Shown: piece by piece, positions 37,553-50,300 of the stretch
Layout: each line of letters begins with the position of its first letter
How positions within the stretch are numbered: position 1 is the first letter of the stretch
Origin: Amoebophrya sp. A120
Taxonomy: Eukaryota; Protista; Dinoflagellata
Assembly: GCA_905178155.1 (NCBI GenBank)
Contig: CAJINV010000003.1
Span: 10,726,298-10,790,297 of the forward strand
Reading direction: 5' to 3'
Length of the DNA stretch: 64,000 nucleotides
Position numbers and translations under genes: made by a program
The notes under the pieces: model-generated
The model's database searches: none
What the model was told of the DNA's origin: nothing
The model's input: only the letters and a program-made list of their open reading frames with translations

Positions 37553-37934
37553 TTTTGTTCGTGCCAAAAATCGATCGTAAGCAGAGTTGATTTAGAGAAG
37601 ATATCGCGAGCAAAAATAATCAACACGTCACAGCTACGGGGCTAACGAACCAATCAAAAGCACTGGGCAGAAAATTCAAAACAAATGCCTTCATCAAAAT
37701 CCCAACAGTTCCCCCCGATTTCTGTGCTGTCTTCCCTCAATCCGATGAACTGCTTATTTTTGTCCACCGCCAGGCGCATTACTCTTGAGACCGATGCACT
37801 GCAACAGGACTGCGCACTGCTTTTTTATCTGCTAGTAGGAGGAGGCGTTTTTCGAAGATAGAGCATCCAAATCATTTGAAAACCCAAATAATGGCCATCG
37901 ACGCAGTCCCGTGCGGTTTCACGCCCGTCGTTAC

Positions 37935-38076
37935 GAGACACATCCGGAGCGGTCGTTCCTCATAGCTATTTAACCACCTAGCTAATCACGTTTTACATAG
38001 CTATACGCATAGTAAATTCAAAAGCTAGATAGCATTTTTTAAACTCTTTTAGGATTTAATCGTTGGGCGTGTTATA
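37935..38076 (-). repeat. Right terminal inverted repeat (142 bp)
   Basis: Exact reverse complement of 11877-12018; ends GGGCGTGTTATA. Confidence 0.98.
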
Positions 38077-38560
38077 AGTCGTGTGCCAGGTTGCGAACAG
38101 ATGTAAGCCCGCTCCTGTCTATCGAGGAACTGAGTAAGAGGCAACGCCAGTCACCACCTATACCCGTGCCTCCTCCTAGTCGTGTGCCAGGCTGCGAACA
38201 GATGTAAGCCCGCTCCTGTCTATCGAGGGACTGAGTAAGAGGCAACGCCAATCGCCCCTACATTCCGTGCCGGGATGGATGCATGCAAAAAAATGAATAC
38301 ATGATCGCGTAACAAACAGGTTTAGGGTTTTTATTTGTATAGCGACGCGGTAGTAAAAAAGTTGTTTACAGATCGTTTTTATAAGGAAGCCAATACATAA
38401 ACGGGTTTAGGGTTCCGGCTTGTGTTCAGGCCTGAGAGGCGACCACAGACACTGCCCTCTCCTAGTCGTGTGCCAGCTCGTGAACAGATGCAAGCCCACG
38501 TCTGTCTATCGAGGGTTGGGGTAAGAGGCAACGCCAATCACCACTATACTCCATGTCCAT
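38077..38560 (+). repeat. Host tandem repeat (three ~100-bp B units plus one ~190-bp A unit with TTTAGGG motifs)
   Basis: AGTCGTGTGCCAG...GTCTATCGAG...GTAAGAGGCAACGCCA recurs at 38077, 38178 and 38464. 38276-38467 matches 11683-11876. Confidence 0.9.
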
Positions 38561-38922
38561 GTAAAGCACTAAATGTCGCTGTCGCAAACCTTGCCGCATT
38601 GTGTTTGTGTGACTGAAGAGGAAAGAAACCGCACGAGTACGCTTTGGGAGGTGGTCCCGCAGCTCACTTTTAATTTGTAGTTGTAGTTGCGTCCGCTCCG
38701 CGACCGCCTCGTTTAATTTGCCCGAGTTGTTGATGAGGTAGAGCAAGATGCGTCCAGCATGTCCGTGACGACCATGTATCTGAGCAAGTAGTGGTAGGTC
38801 TTGGTGCTCGCAAACGCAGTAGGGGCTATGGTAAAAACCGCGTAGTGGGTGTCCTTTTGTATCCCAAAGGGGCTGGACAGACACAACGGGTCGTGCGACG
38901 GTGGCAGATCATTTGTGCAAAT

Positions 38923-41900
38923 ATGGGGCAGAGCGCTTCGACTTCGAGCCTAGCAGTTGGTGGACGCGGTGCGTGGTCTCCGGAGCGTGACCAACACGAA
39001 GAGGAAACATATCCACAAGATTCCCTCCCTCCAAGTTCTTTCGCTTCGTTGGTCCGCCGCAGTTTCAGCTTTTCCCGGCTTAACAGTGACTGCGACGTCA
39101 ATCTCGATCATGCTGCAGCAGACGGGACAACCACGCACATGGATCAGCAACCGGGTCAGTCGTTTGCGCACGATGTAGTTGCGAGTCTGGGACCACGGGC
39201 ACCTCCAACAGCAAGTGACTTCGACCGTCTGAACCTCGCAAATGTCAATACCTGCAGTCGTGGGAGTCGCACAAGCCTTGCGGAGCTGTTCGACAATCTG
39301 TCGCCACTGTTGGAGGAAGCGGACGGCGGCTGTGCAGCTGACGCACAATCCCATTCCGCAGCTGGTATTGATAAAAACCTAAACCAGATGAAGACGAGCC
39401 ACAGCCACTCCGAAGGAAGAGCGTCTTTGTCTGCAAAAGGTGACCACTTCGAGAATGAAGATTACTCCACGGACGATAACTTGGAAGACGAAGATGTCGA
39501 CGAGGCCCTGCGCACCCCTAAAAGCTCAACAGACGCCAGCTGTGGCGGCGTCGAGCCGGGCACAAATGTCGGGCAAGAACAACAACAACATCATGATCGC
39601 CACACTTTTGAAGACCTAGGAGGCGCTATCGCTGAAGCCATTGGTCAAGGCCGACTGCGAAAAGTGGGAAGTGGCGTCCTGTTCCGCGATAGCCAGTCCT
39701 CTGGTGGGCCAAGCACTTGCACCAGCAACACTCTGCAAAAGATCCCTGATGGTGCGACAAGATGCCGCAGCACTGCGCGATACGGACACGCACCACCACC
39801 AGAAGCGACAGCTTCGGCGTCGTGTTGTTCTTCAAGCCGCAAAAATCTCGATGCTGGTGCTGTTGAGCATGATACTAGTGAATCCGTCGAAGCTCCTCGT
39901 AGTTCTCTCCGCCGTTTGGACGACAGCGCCGCCATTGCAAAGAAGACGAGACCCGAAAACGCCGAGGAAAGCCATAACGTTGAACGCTGCGCAGAAGTTA
40001 GACGTGCAAATGCACCAGTAGCGGACGCGGAATACAGCCTCGAGGACGAGGTGGCGAAAATAAAGGGGACGAGTAACGGTTCTTTCTTCGAAGAGGAAAA
40101 TTCCGGCCGAAGGGCTATGTACCACATTCCAAGCGAAGTGTGGCAACAGATTGCGGCTTTTTTGCTGGACGGCAGCTTCAAAGATTTGTGCAATTTGTCC
40201 CAGGCATGCACTGGCACGTGGCACGCGATCTACCACAACGATCATTGCAACTCGGAGCTGCTTTGGGGCGCGATTCATCGACAGCTATTTGAGAACGAGT
40301 GCCGAGACTTTAGCTCTACCGTGTCGTACCGAGATCAGGTTCTGGTGCACTACTGCGTCCGCCGCCTTTTGCGACACGCGTTGGCTACCGAGGACTGGCG
40401 CGCGCTACACGACGTCGAGGTACTTCTAGACTTGAAGTTAAATCATGAAAGGGACTCAACATGTATAAAACTCTCCTGAAGGGGCGCGAAAGTAAGAGAA
40501 AGAAAAGGTACAGTTGCAGTTGGACGTGGTATCGTGATGACCTGATATTCATATCTATCCTCATGGTGATCACGATCTGGCTCGTCTTTATTGTTGATTT
40601 ATACTAGCAGCAACGATCTTGTATTTCAATACATAGCGTAAAAAAAACATTTTGAAGACATTACAAACGCGTCTTCAATCATCTCTGAAAACTCCCTCAG
40701 CTCTTACTGCGCGAAATGCACTTGCATGATCGCACGCGCTCCATCATCTTCTGCAAACGCGCGCTAGCACAGCGACCAAGCGTCCGTAGTCTGCGTTGGT
40801 TGTGGAATGTCGCCAATGCTCCTGCCAGTGAGGCCGAGAAGCTCGTCTGCATCAGTACCATGCCGCCCTCTTCTCAGCAGAACGCACCGACCCACGCGGT
40901 CCGCGGAGGTCGTGTGGAGCAGGAGTATGCGCAACGACGAGCAGACGCGAAAATTTGCGAGCTGCGGCAGTACCTCGGGCAGTTCGTCTCCGCGAAATTT
41001 TTGGAGGTGCCCCAATTCGACGGCAAGGAAGTGCCTCCGCTCGCCGCCAAGTTCCTCTACATTGCGGATGCGATCCAGGAGACGAACGGCCTCCTGCCGT
41101 CCGGGACGGTGCACAGCCTGGGTGGGTTAACCCAGCAGGTGGAGCGGTCTCTGTCGGAGAAGCAGGACGACCTTACGAAGTGGCTCTGCTACATCCTGGT
41201 GCTGAAAGCGGTTCGAATGACAAAGGACAAGCTGTGCTGGTTTCACAAAACCGAGCCGGAGTCGCCGGATCGTGCCAGTGAGAGCACGACAGATGATGCC
41301 GACGAAAGACAAACTGCTTCATTCGAGGATATTAGCACCGCGGAAGTTGTAGCCGGTCCTCCGGACGCAACTAGTAGTCGGCCACACGAAGCAAATGTTG
41401 ATATTCATAAAAATTTCGATAGGCCGGACGGGCTGGCTGTTGATGAGGAGCAGCTGCAGGAGGGACGAATGATGACTCGCAGCGACATCAACAGCACTGA
41501 GACTGACGACGCTGTTGAGGCGTCCCCGGTGAATGATCCACCTCCTCGCAGCTCAAGACGAGCACGAGCAGCCGTAGTAGTGCAGGAAAATATTGCGGCG
41601 CCGCGGACCAACCTGGTGGTGGGAGGCAACGAAGAGCCGGCGCAACCGGTAGGTCTTGGCCCGCAACAAGAACGTCGTACCCCGATGTTGAATCGCCACG
41701 TCGACAATCCTGCCGAGGCACAGTGGTCGGGCCTCATTTTGACGTGGGACCAAGAGCGCGGCGGTGCAACGCAAATTGAGTCAATCAATTATCTATCAAA
41801 TGCAAACATGTCTGGGTGATCTGGAAGGAAGCACAGGCAGATGCTTGCCATGCATTGTTGGCATCTGCAACAAGTAAAACTGGAACGCAGGACAAATTAA

Positions 41901-42328
41901 AACTATGCGGCGGCATGTTCTCTAACTTCATTGCTAGTCTGCATGAGCCAGGCCATGTCCTGGCGACGAAAATCGCGCACCTTTTGGTGACGACGCCATA
42001 GATATTGACTTTTGACTCTGCCTGTTCCAAAATCCACTTCACAAGGCGTTCACATCCTTCCCGCAGGCCTAGACATAATCTTGGTAATGCATACTATCCT
42101 CGGGAAGAAAAGTGCGACGAAGAGAACAAATTCAGTACGGTTTGGGACGACGTCGGCTACCGTGTAGAATGCAAGTGGAATGGTTCTCGTTATGAAGGTA
42201 AAGAAAACATCATAAAATACGACATAGATGCACAAACAAAGTCCCCGCACTGGTCGCAAGCGCATCCTCAACCTGCAAGCGCGCCTTTTGTAAATAAAAT
42301 TTTAGCCATGATCAGCAGGAGTCAGTGA
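38923..42328 (+). CDS. F-box protein with N-myristoylation-like start, multi-exon; 3' end uncertain
   Basis: MGQSAS start; F-box pattern IPSEVWQQIAAFL..DLCNLSQAC..W..LW at ~40120-40270. Following long ORFs 40716-41819 and 42005-42328 on the same strand are probable exons. Confidence 0.7.
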
Positions 42329-43594
42329 AGAATCAGAATGCCATTTTTTAATTTTTTATTTCAACATCATGCTCATGCCGTTGTTATTATGAGCTCTGTC
42401 ATTATTTAGTGATGCAGATGCTTGTTGAAAGTTGTCACTTTCGCACTTCCATTTGTTCAGAAACGAACAAAAACAAGGCGAACTGAAACGCTACGTGCAG
42501 GTGCTTTGTCCGACGAGCGTGCGCGCTCGAAGACCGGGTGCATGGTTTGGAAGACGCGTTTGTTGGATCATTTCGAGGAGACAAAGCGCTGCCGCCCACA
42601 GGAGGAATTCGTTGGTGTGTTTGGCGACCGTAGCAACATCAACAAATTCGGAGTTGCCTTTGTGAGCCGATAGTGCGACAAAACGTTCTTTTCGTTAATG
42701 CGGCTACAACTGACTATCGCTAAGGCTGGCAGCTGCTCTCTGCATGATCAGCACAACTTTAGTCATAGCGGCTGGATCACAAGAGAAGGATCTGCACAAA
42801 GGCGAAGGCTGTTTCCAAATTGTGCAGATCTGTTTGGTTTCGCATCTGGTAGCGCATTGCTCTTGTTGTTCCTCACGCGATCAGTTTTATATATGAGTTT
42901 CCTCTTGAACTTGATTTTTTTGAGTTTTTGAAGTTTGGACGTACGACAGAAAAACACAAAAAACGTCTCAGTCACAGAAAAAGCAAAAGAAGAACACAGA
43001 TGAAGCACGTGCACGCACCCCAGCAGCATATGGATAGGCATAGAATAAGTAAACGTCTTGGCTTGCGGAAAAAATAAGGGGAGGCTCCGCGAGGTCAGTT
43101 TTCGTATGAAACGTATCATGCTGGTACTTTTGATACGAAAGAATAACACTACAACTACATGCAGAGACAAAGAAAATTGCGAGAAGCCGCGTCGCTGATT
43201 CATGTTTTTGCAACACTCGCAAAAAGCAGCTTCCTCGCAGGCTTCTGTGCATCTTCGCTGTCTAACAAGCTACTAACTCCTACAAGTTGAAGATATACCA
43301 TCGAGGCCGTTTGAAGTAAGCTTGAACGACCTAGAACACTTCAATCCACCTCCCACGATATTTTTTTTTGGGAAATTTGGCGCTGTGCACAGAGATAAAA
43401 CTAATCAGCGCCCATTGACACCAGTTGTCGCATTATTAGAAGCAGTAAAGAGGTATAAGAACTAAAAACATAACCCTAGCCGCACTGGCGGCAAGCCCCA
43501 TGTGCACCATCAGAAGTGCAGCATTGGCCGTTCTACCGTTCTTTGCGGCGTCTCACCATCAGAAGTGCGAGCTGCGAAGGGCGGGGCGACCCCC

Positions 43595-43622
43595 CTAACT
43601 AACTAACTAACTAACTAACTAA
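43595..43622 (+). repeat. (CTAA)7 microsatellite
   Basis: Seven perfect CTAA units after a GC-rich hairpin. Confidence 0.95.
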
Positions 43623-44387
43623 CGTCTTTTTTGTTACCTATCTAAATCTATGTATTCACATCAAATAAAAAACGCAGTCTGCGTTTTTTATGTGTGATTG
43701 TGTCGTGCAAGAAGTAGAAGGTCAAGGAAAAAGAAAACTCAGCAAGAAGTTTTATCGAAAGAGATTTGCAAGCAGCGACGACACCCTTCACAGCGACGAC
43801 AGATCGGCGAAAGAAAGTAGTCGGTATTACTTCGTGAAGAGAAGCGGCGCTGTCTCTGCAAGAAAGAAAAAGATGAGAAAAAAAATAAAAATCTTTCCCA
43901 GGCGGGCTCTCTTGGTCCTGTCGCTAAGTCTCTACTTCGGACGGTTCGGCTGTACCAAAAAAGTGAACTTACTGCTGCCGGGTCATGAACCAAAGGCGAA
44001 TATATATAATTTAGAGGACTGGGTCCGTCTAATAGATAGTCCCCGTACTTAGGTGGCGCCCCTTGTGGCTGTCACGAGGTAGCTCGCACCCCCCCCCGGA
44101 GTAGGAGAGGGCTCGTTGCCGGGTTTCGGTGCCCTCTGAATACTTTATAGCTCGCGACGTGGAGCCATTTTTTGCTTGGTTGTGAATGTCACTAAGTAAG
44201 AGAGACGAGGACATCTCCAAGTTCAAAGCAGCTGCCTTTTGCGAGGAGGAGGGAGGGTGGCAGGGACGAAGCGAGAAGGAGGTGCGGCAGATACAGAAGG
44301 TGGAGGTGGGGTTGATAGATAAACAGCATTCGTCCGTTCCCCCCGATGATGTTGAAGTAGATTCAATTTGGAAACATAAAAAACAAA

Positions 44388-47300
44388 ATGCGCCGCGGCT
44401 TGGTTTCGTCTTCTGAGGGTATTTTTGAGGGCTTGCGTTCCAGGAACATGGTCTTCTCCGCGGCAGATCGAAATCGAGGTCGTGGCCATCCTGACGGAAG
44501 AGCAAACCTTTCTTTACTGATCTGCGCCTGGGTGTTTTGCTTTTCTCCAGCGCGCTTCGGCAGCGGCACGCAGGTCCTCGTGCACCACCAAGCGTCTGCC
44601 GTGCACATCAGAACAACGCTCAAGAAGGGCTCGGCGGGGGCACTGCAAGTACGACAACAAAGCTCCGTCCCTGTAGTTGATCCCGGCGCCCGTATTTCAC
44701 CTGGTCATTCTGGTGCGGTGATCAAGCAGAAAGCCAATCGTACAAGGACCCGGCATACACTTCCGAACAACGCACTCCCTTTCTCGGTGAAGGATTTTTG
44801 CAGCATCGACGACCACGTGAAAGAAACAGAAAGTAGCGAGCACTCTTTCCACTTCCTCCTCCAGCACGACAGCGCGACCACGAACGCAGACACAGTCGGT
44901 GCTTCCTCAAGTGGTGCAGATGACTCACCGGAGGGCCTGCTAGTAGCAGAGGAAGATCTGAGCAAGAACTACCTTTCTTCCGGAGTTAAAAAACCCGCGC
45001 CCTGGCCGGCGAATTTCCACGCTAATGCGGTGAAGTTTCCCGTGCAGTGCGAACAGCCGGATTGGTTATTGCGGAAGGACCAGTTGGTGTTGCCTGTGAA
45101 CAGCGAGAACGAAAAAAAAACGAAAACGAAAGCAGGCATTTCAGCTACAATGGTGCTGACGATGTTTCTGGGACCGAACGCGCCACAAGATTGGAAAAAC
45201 CCATCGGATAATACCCCAGCGGAATGGCTTCGAGCGCTCTTCGCCGCGAACGTGCAGGTGCTCCGCCAGTTTGGCCACGGGCTGATCTTACGGACGAAGT
45301 TTACGCCAGATGAATACGATGGCAAGACGAGCCTGAAGAAGTGGGAGGTCGAGAGCGAACAGTGTCGCGGGAAATCTGCAGAAGACTGCGTAAAGGAGTT
45401 CGAGCGGACGAATTCGCTGTTTGAAAAGCAACTGATGGTCGCGGATTACCTGAACTTGCGAAGTAAAGGAGATAGCAGTCCAGCTCTAGCAGGAGGTGGA
45501 ACCGCAGCAGGACGAGAGGATCAGGCACGGTACCTGTTTACGCACGTGTTTTCCCTTGACGCCGATGCTGCTCTGGTGAGTACCGCAATCGACTCAATAG
45601 GTCTGGCGGCGTGGAATCTAGCAGAGGCAAGAAAAGACGTTTTCGGGGCCAACGAGGACTGGCAGGAGCAAGAGAACAAAGGAAGCTGGGACCCGAACCA
45701 ATTCTGCCATGCTGTTAATACCGGGTTTCTACTCGCTTCGAACACGCCTTTCACCCGAACTCTTTTCAAGGACGTGTTTGAGGCGCACAAAAACGGCCCA
45801 AACGCCAAGGCCTGGAAAACCGCGGGACTGAGCAGTGTGGCGTGTACTAGCAATGATCAGGTGTGCTTGCAGAACACGGTTCCCACATTGCGGCAGCATT
45901 TTCTCGTGACGAGTGGCCAGTTCTGGAACCGCGCGCGGTTTGACATCGATAAAGCCGCGCCCGCGGTAAACAAAGTAGAAACGGGCGGGGATGGCCGCCA
46001 CGGGGATGAAACAACGACGACCCACGTCGTGCACTACATGAACGCGGATGGGAGGATGGACATTGCCGCTGAGGACTTCTGCCAGCCGGGATTCTTAGTA
46101 AAGCCGCTCGAGGAGGAAACGCGAGCTGCCTTAGGGGTGTGCAGAAGTATCACGGCAAAAAAGGAGCCGGGGGGGAATTTTAAGGAGGATGATGACCGGC
46201 AGCTACCGCAGTCGTGTACTTCCATTGCGCTAACAAGGAAGACTTCCAGCACCTCTTTCGTGTACCGACGCCAGGATGACGATGAACAGGCGACTGCGTC
46301 CGCGGCCGGTCTGCTGTCGACCACAGGGACGATGGAGAGAGGAGGCGCAGAGAAGGCAAAAAAAAATGATTTGTCACTGCGCATCTCGACTGGTCAAGCC
46401 GGAGAAGGGACATTATCTTCATCACATGAAAGCGAAGAGAAATCCACCACAGCCGATCTAAAAGTGCGCATTATGAAGACCAACCCAGCTGCCTTGTTGC
46501 CTTTTTTCACATCTTCTTCTGTCAGTCGGTTTCTCTCCCCGCCGCCCTTCTGCGAGGGCTGCTGCGTCGGGCCGGCCTCCGAGGCGCCGCCAGGCGCCAC
46601 CGTCTACGGGCATCTTACCTACCATTCCCGGTGCCTCGACGTACATAAATGCGCTGCGGCGAATGCGAATCGCGCGGGAAAAACAGAGGACGAAAACAAC
46701 CGCCCGCGCAGATATACTTTCGTACTCACACACAGTGGCGATATGCCGGCGCCGGAGGGAAAGTCAACAGCTTGGGTCGAGGAGATGTTTCCCAACCTGC
46801 GCAGCATGGAACTAGCCCGCCTTGGTGTCATGCGCAAAGCGAACAAGAACACACAAATCGACATCCTGCTCTATGTCGCGCTCCCACGCTACCAGCCGGA
46901 AAAATCTGCAGAGTGGTGGAACCGGCACACGTCCTACATGCAGACGGAGCTGCAGCGAGTCGCGCCGAGCCTGGTGGTGAAAAAAGTTCCCTTTGGCGTA
47001 CCAGCGAATGCGAAATCCGATTATAACAAAGGGTGTGAGAAGGACTTCATCCGGTTGAACAGCTTCGGAGAAACCAGCTACGACGCGATCGCCTACTACG
47101 ATCGCGACGTCGAGCTCCAGGACACGTCCGGGGACAACTTGCTTGCGCTCTTCCAATGCGTGGCGGAGCAAGACGTATTCCTCACGACGACAGGTGGGTT
47201 AAACGAGCCGGTTAATGTCGGTTTTTTTGCGCTGAAACCGAGACAGAAACTGCTGGATCTGGCATTGGAATTTTCCAAACTCGCCGACTACAACGAACAA

Positions 47301-50300
47301 ACTGGCTGGGCAAACAGCGGTTGGAGCCCGCAGGACGACCAGGGGCACGCGCCAACGCAGAAGGGGCACCAGTTGCTCGAGTCGACAAGGGTGGACCTCC
47401 GGAAGAGCAGCAACAAAAAGGCATCTCTATCAGTGACCTCAGCTACAGCTTCGTCAGGGCACCAGATAAAGATGAAGAACGGTAGAAGTTCCCGCTATTT
47501 TGTCGACGCAGAATGCGGTCAGGGATACTTCCTCACCCTGTTTCTGCATTTGCAAAACCCCACCGTGCAACAAGCGTATCAGAGAGCAAATGTACCCCTT
47601 GGGGACGTGAAGTTTCTCTCGCTTGACCGCTGTCAGTGGAATTACCAGACCGGCTGGTTCGGCATCTGCGACAAGATGCAAAAAAATGCCGCTTGCGACC
47701 GGATTATCGCGCACCACAAGCCTGGGCCGGACGTCTACGCCGCGGGGGATGACGTCGCAAAGCCGAACAAAAATGGTGAGTGCTTGAAGCGCGGACACCG
47801 GCGGCTGGAAGCCGAGGTGACAGCCCGTAGCGAGGGGCCCGGACGAGGATCTTCAAAACATATCTTCTTTGCGGTCACGACTGGTGGAAAGAAGGACGCC
47901 GGGTCGTGGGGAAAAGGTAGTGCCGCAACCTCTATCATGTCGTCGAGCTCTACGTGGTCCACCACCTCCAACAAATTATTGCATTCCCAGTTTCAAGACG
48001 TGAAGAACATGGACGCGTTAGCTGACGCAGCTGCTGTTGCGGCGCCAAGATTAAGCTCCTTCTCATCCGCTCGCGGCAAAGGTGGAGATGAAAACGACTT
48101 TTCCGATTCGCTGACCAACAGCAGGAGCCCCAGCAGTGTGGGCTTGCTGGAAGAAGGCAGGGAAAAAACCAAAAAGAAGAGAAGACTGAACGTGTTTTAC
48201 TACGTCGACGACCCGGACAAGCCGGACACAAAAAAGCACTTTCTTCGCTCCTTTCCTCTAAACGTGGAAACCTGGCTTCTGTACCTGCAATCGGAGACGG
48301 TCGAACCCCGCGTCATTCAAATTACCGACGCTACCGTAAAGAACTGGGTCCCGGACATGCCGCAAGAATTTTTCCGGCTTCCCTACCCTGCTGCGAAATC
48401 GGACTTGGTGAGGTACGGTTTACTTTACCACCAGGGCGGGATCTACCTGGATGGCGACTTCGTGCTACAGCGCCCGTTGCATGGCAACATCTTGGAGGCA
48501 CTGGCAGCAGGGCGGGAAGAATTTGCATTGCAAGAACAGTCCCTGTTTTTACAGACGAAACAGGACGAGGACGCAATTCCTCCCGTCTGGAAGAATTTTC
48601 TCACAAAGAAAATCCGCAAGGAACAGGATAAGAAAGCTGAAGGTCGAAGAAAAAAGCCCCAGCACCTCAAGAACGAAGAACTCGAAGCGGCCCGCCGAGC
48701 GAAACAGAAACCGGCGGGGCCGAGAAAAGCATATCAAAAAAGTAAACATGCGATGGAGCTGGAGGAGAACGAGAATGCAGGAACACACAAGAGTTCCGTA
48801 GAGAAAAAAGAACATCAAAGTGAAAGAGCTGGAAAAGCAAAAAAGAAGAAAGCCGCAAGTATTAATAAAAAGCAAGGGAAGAAGTGGACCGGAAGTCCGT
48901 TACCGTTTCCCATCGAGCTCTTCGCCTACGAGTATGACAATCAGTACTGCAGAGGGCGTGCGGCTACGCTGTGCATGCAAACGTAATATCGTAGTCGTAT
49001 ACATACTAGTGGGAGCAGTATGTTTCTTTGCAACCTTGCTGCGTGGGCCGCTGTGTGATTTGGTCTTCCCTGAGTCGACGTGAGACGTCGTTATTAGTAG
49101 GCCTAGAGAAGGCAAAGAGTAAGAGACGAACTTATCGTAGATCTCCTATCATGTTATGCAATTTTCTACGATCGCACGTTTGGGTTTGCAATGCATAGCG
49201 GCGCCGGAGTCTTCTAGTGGGAAAGAGTACCCGCCATCGTATTCCTCCAACTTTCAAGGTGCGACGCGGTACAGCATGTGGATGAAGCGCGTTTTTATCG
49301 TGATGGAAAACTGTTACTGTTACACACTGTGCTGCAGGCTGACAAGCAAGACATATAACCTTTGCGATGCCGATGAACAGGCTTGCGACCTTCTTTTCAT
49401 GCGTGAATTCCCTTCTGATCTACGCTTCCGCATCGCAATTTTTCTGTGTCATGCAGAGCAACTTTGTGTTGCTGTGTTGCTGGAGTTGCAGCAAAAGTTA
49501 AAGTTTTTAATTGTATCATAGTTCTTTTTTCCTTCGATAGTGTGGTATGAGAGTGCACTACACCTCCCCCTTTCCCCTCATTTGACATGCAGCAGAAATT
49601 GATATCTCACATACTTGCGGAAACCGAAACTGCAGGTGCAGAAATGTTCATGTTGCGTGTTCATGTTCTTACTTTTGTCCGATTGCGCTCCTTCAAATCA
49701 ATGAGACGCGGGGTGAAGCTGTAGTTGTGCACCTTCATACCCGGGATCTGCAGAGGAAAGCGCTGAACAACCCCTGCGAGGAGCCGGACAAGAAGGGCAA
49801 CGACATTTGTTGCTCCGGCAAAGACAAGACAAAGGAGTGTCACATCGCGTGGGGGGCGCTGGGGGAGGGGATCGCGACCGGCAGTCACGAGCACATCGGG
49901 CCGAAGCTTTCCTTGACCGCCGCGGGGGAGGAAGTTTTGAAGCAATTCGAAATTCCGCCGGAAGTCGCTACTGACCCGCTACGGATACTGATTGCCAAGA
50001 ACGTGGTGATATCCACTGTAAAAACGTCTCCACCTGTACCCCGCATTTATTGTCACGCAAAACCTCCTGCTGCAAGATGCCGAAAATGTAAGTAACTATG
50101 TCCGATGCAGCGCAGCCACCACATGAGAAGCGTTTTTTAATCCAGTGTGGGGGTTGGGTTTGACGTGCTAGAGCGAGGATCTGGAGGTGCTCGATTTGTG
50201 AATGTGCAAGGGCGCTAGCTAGACACGGCTACTTACTTCAAGTTCAGTTGTTTGTTTGTCTTTGTGTAAGCAGCAAAATCTTGACTCGTCTGGGGTGGGA

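Larger units (their letters stand above)
11877..38076. mobile_element. 26.2-kb TIR DNA transposon with hAT-like transposase(s) and cargo genes
   Basis: Perfect 142-bp TIRs; 5-bp TSD AGTCG at 11872-11876 and 38077-38081; empty-site sequence CTAGTCGTGTGCC present in paralogous repeats at ~38176 and ~38462; internal DDE transposase motifs. Confidence 0.95.

Noticed and set aside
37538-37567. MARTK histone H3 tail mimic at the start of ORF 37145..37567
   Set aside because: The listed Met is a TTG codon. The first ATG gives MGTKP, so ARTK is probably untranslated.
11877-38076. Maverick/Polinton or endogenous virus interpretation of the 26-kb TIR element
   Set aside because: No protein-primed PolB, packaging ATPase Walker motifs, rve integrase, protease or capsid-like ORF was recognised. 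The genes are intron-rich and the recognisable motifs are hAT-like.
49296-49744. Universal validity of the element-plus-5-nt splicing rule
   Set aside because: At this intron, and at ~31289 and ~32476, the simple rule does not restore frame. The rule is common but not exceptionless, or boundaries have drifted.
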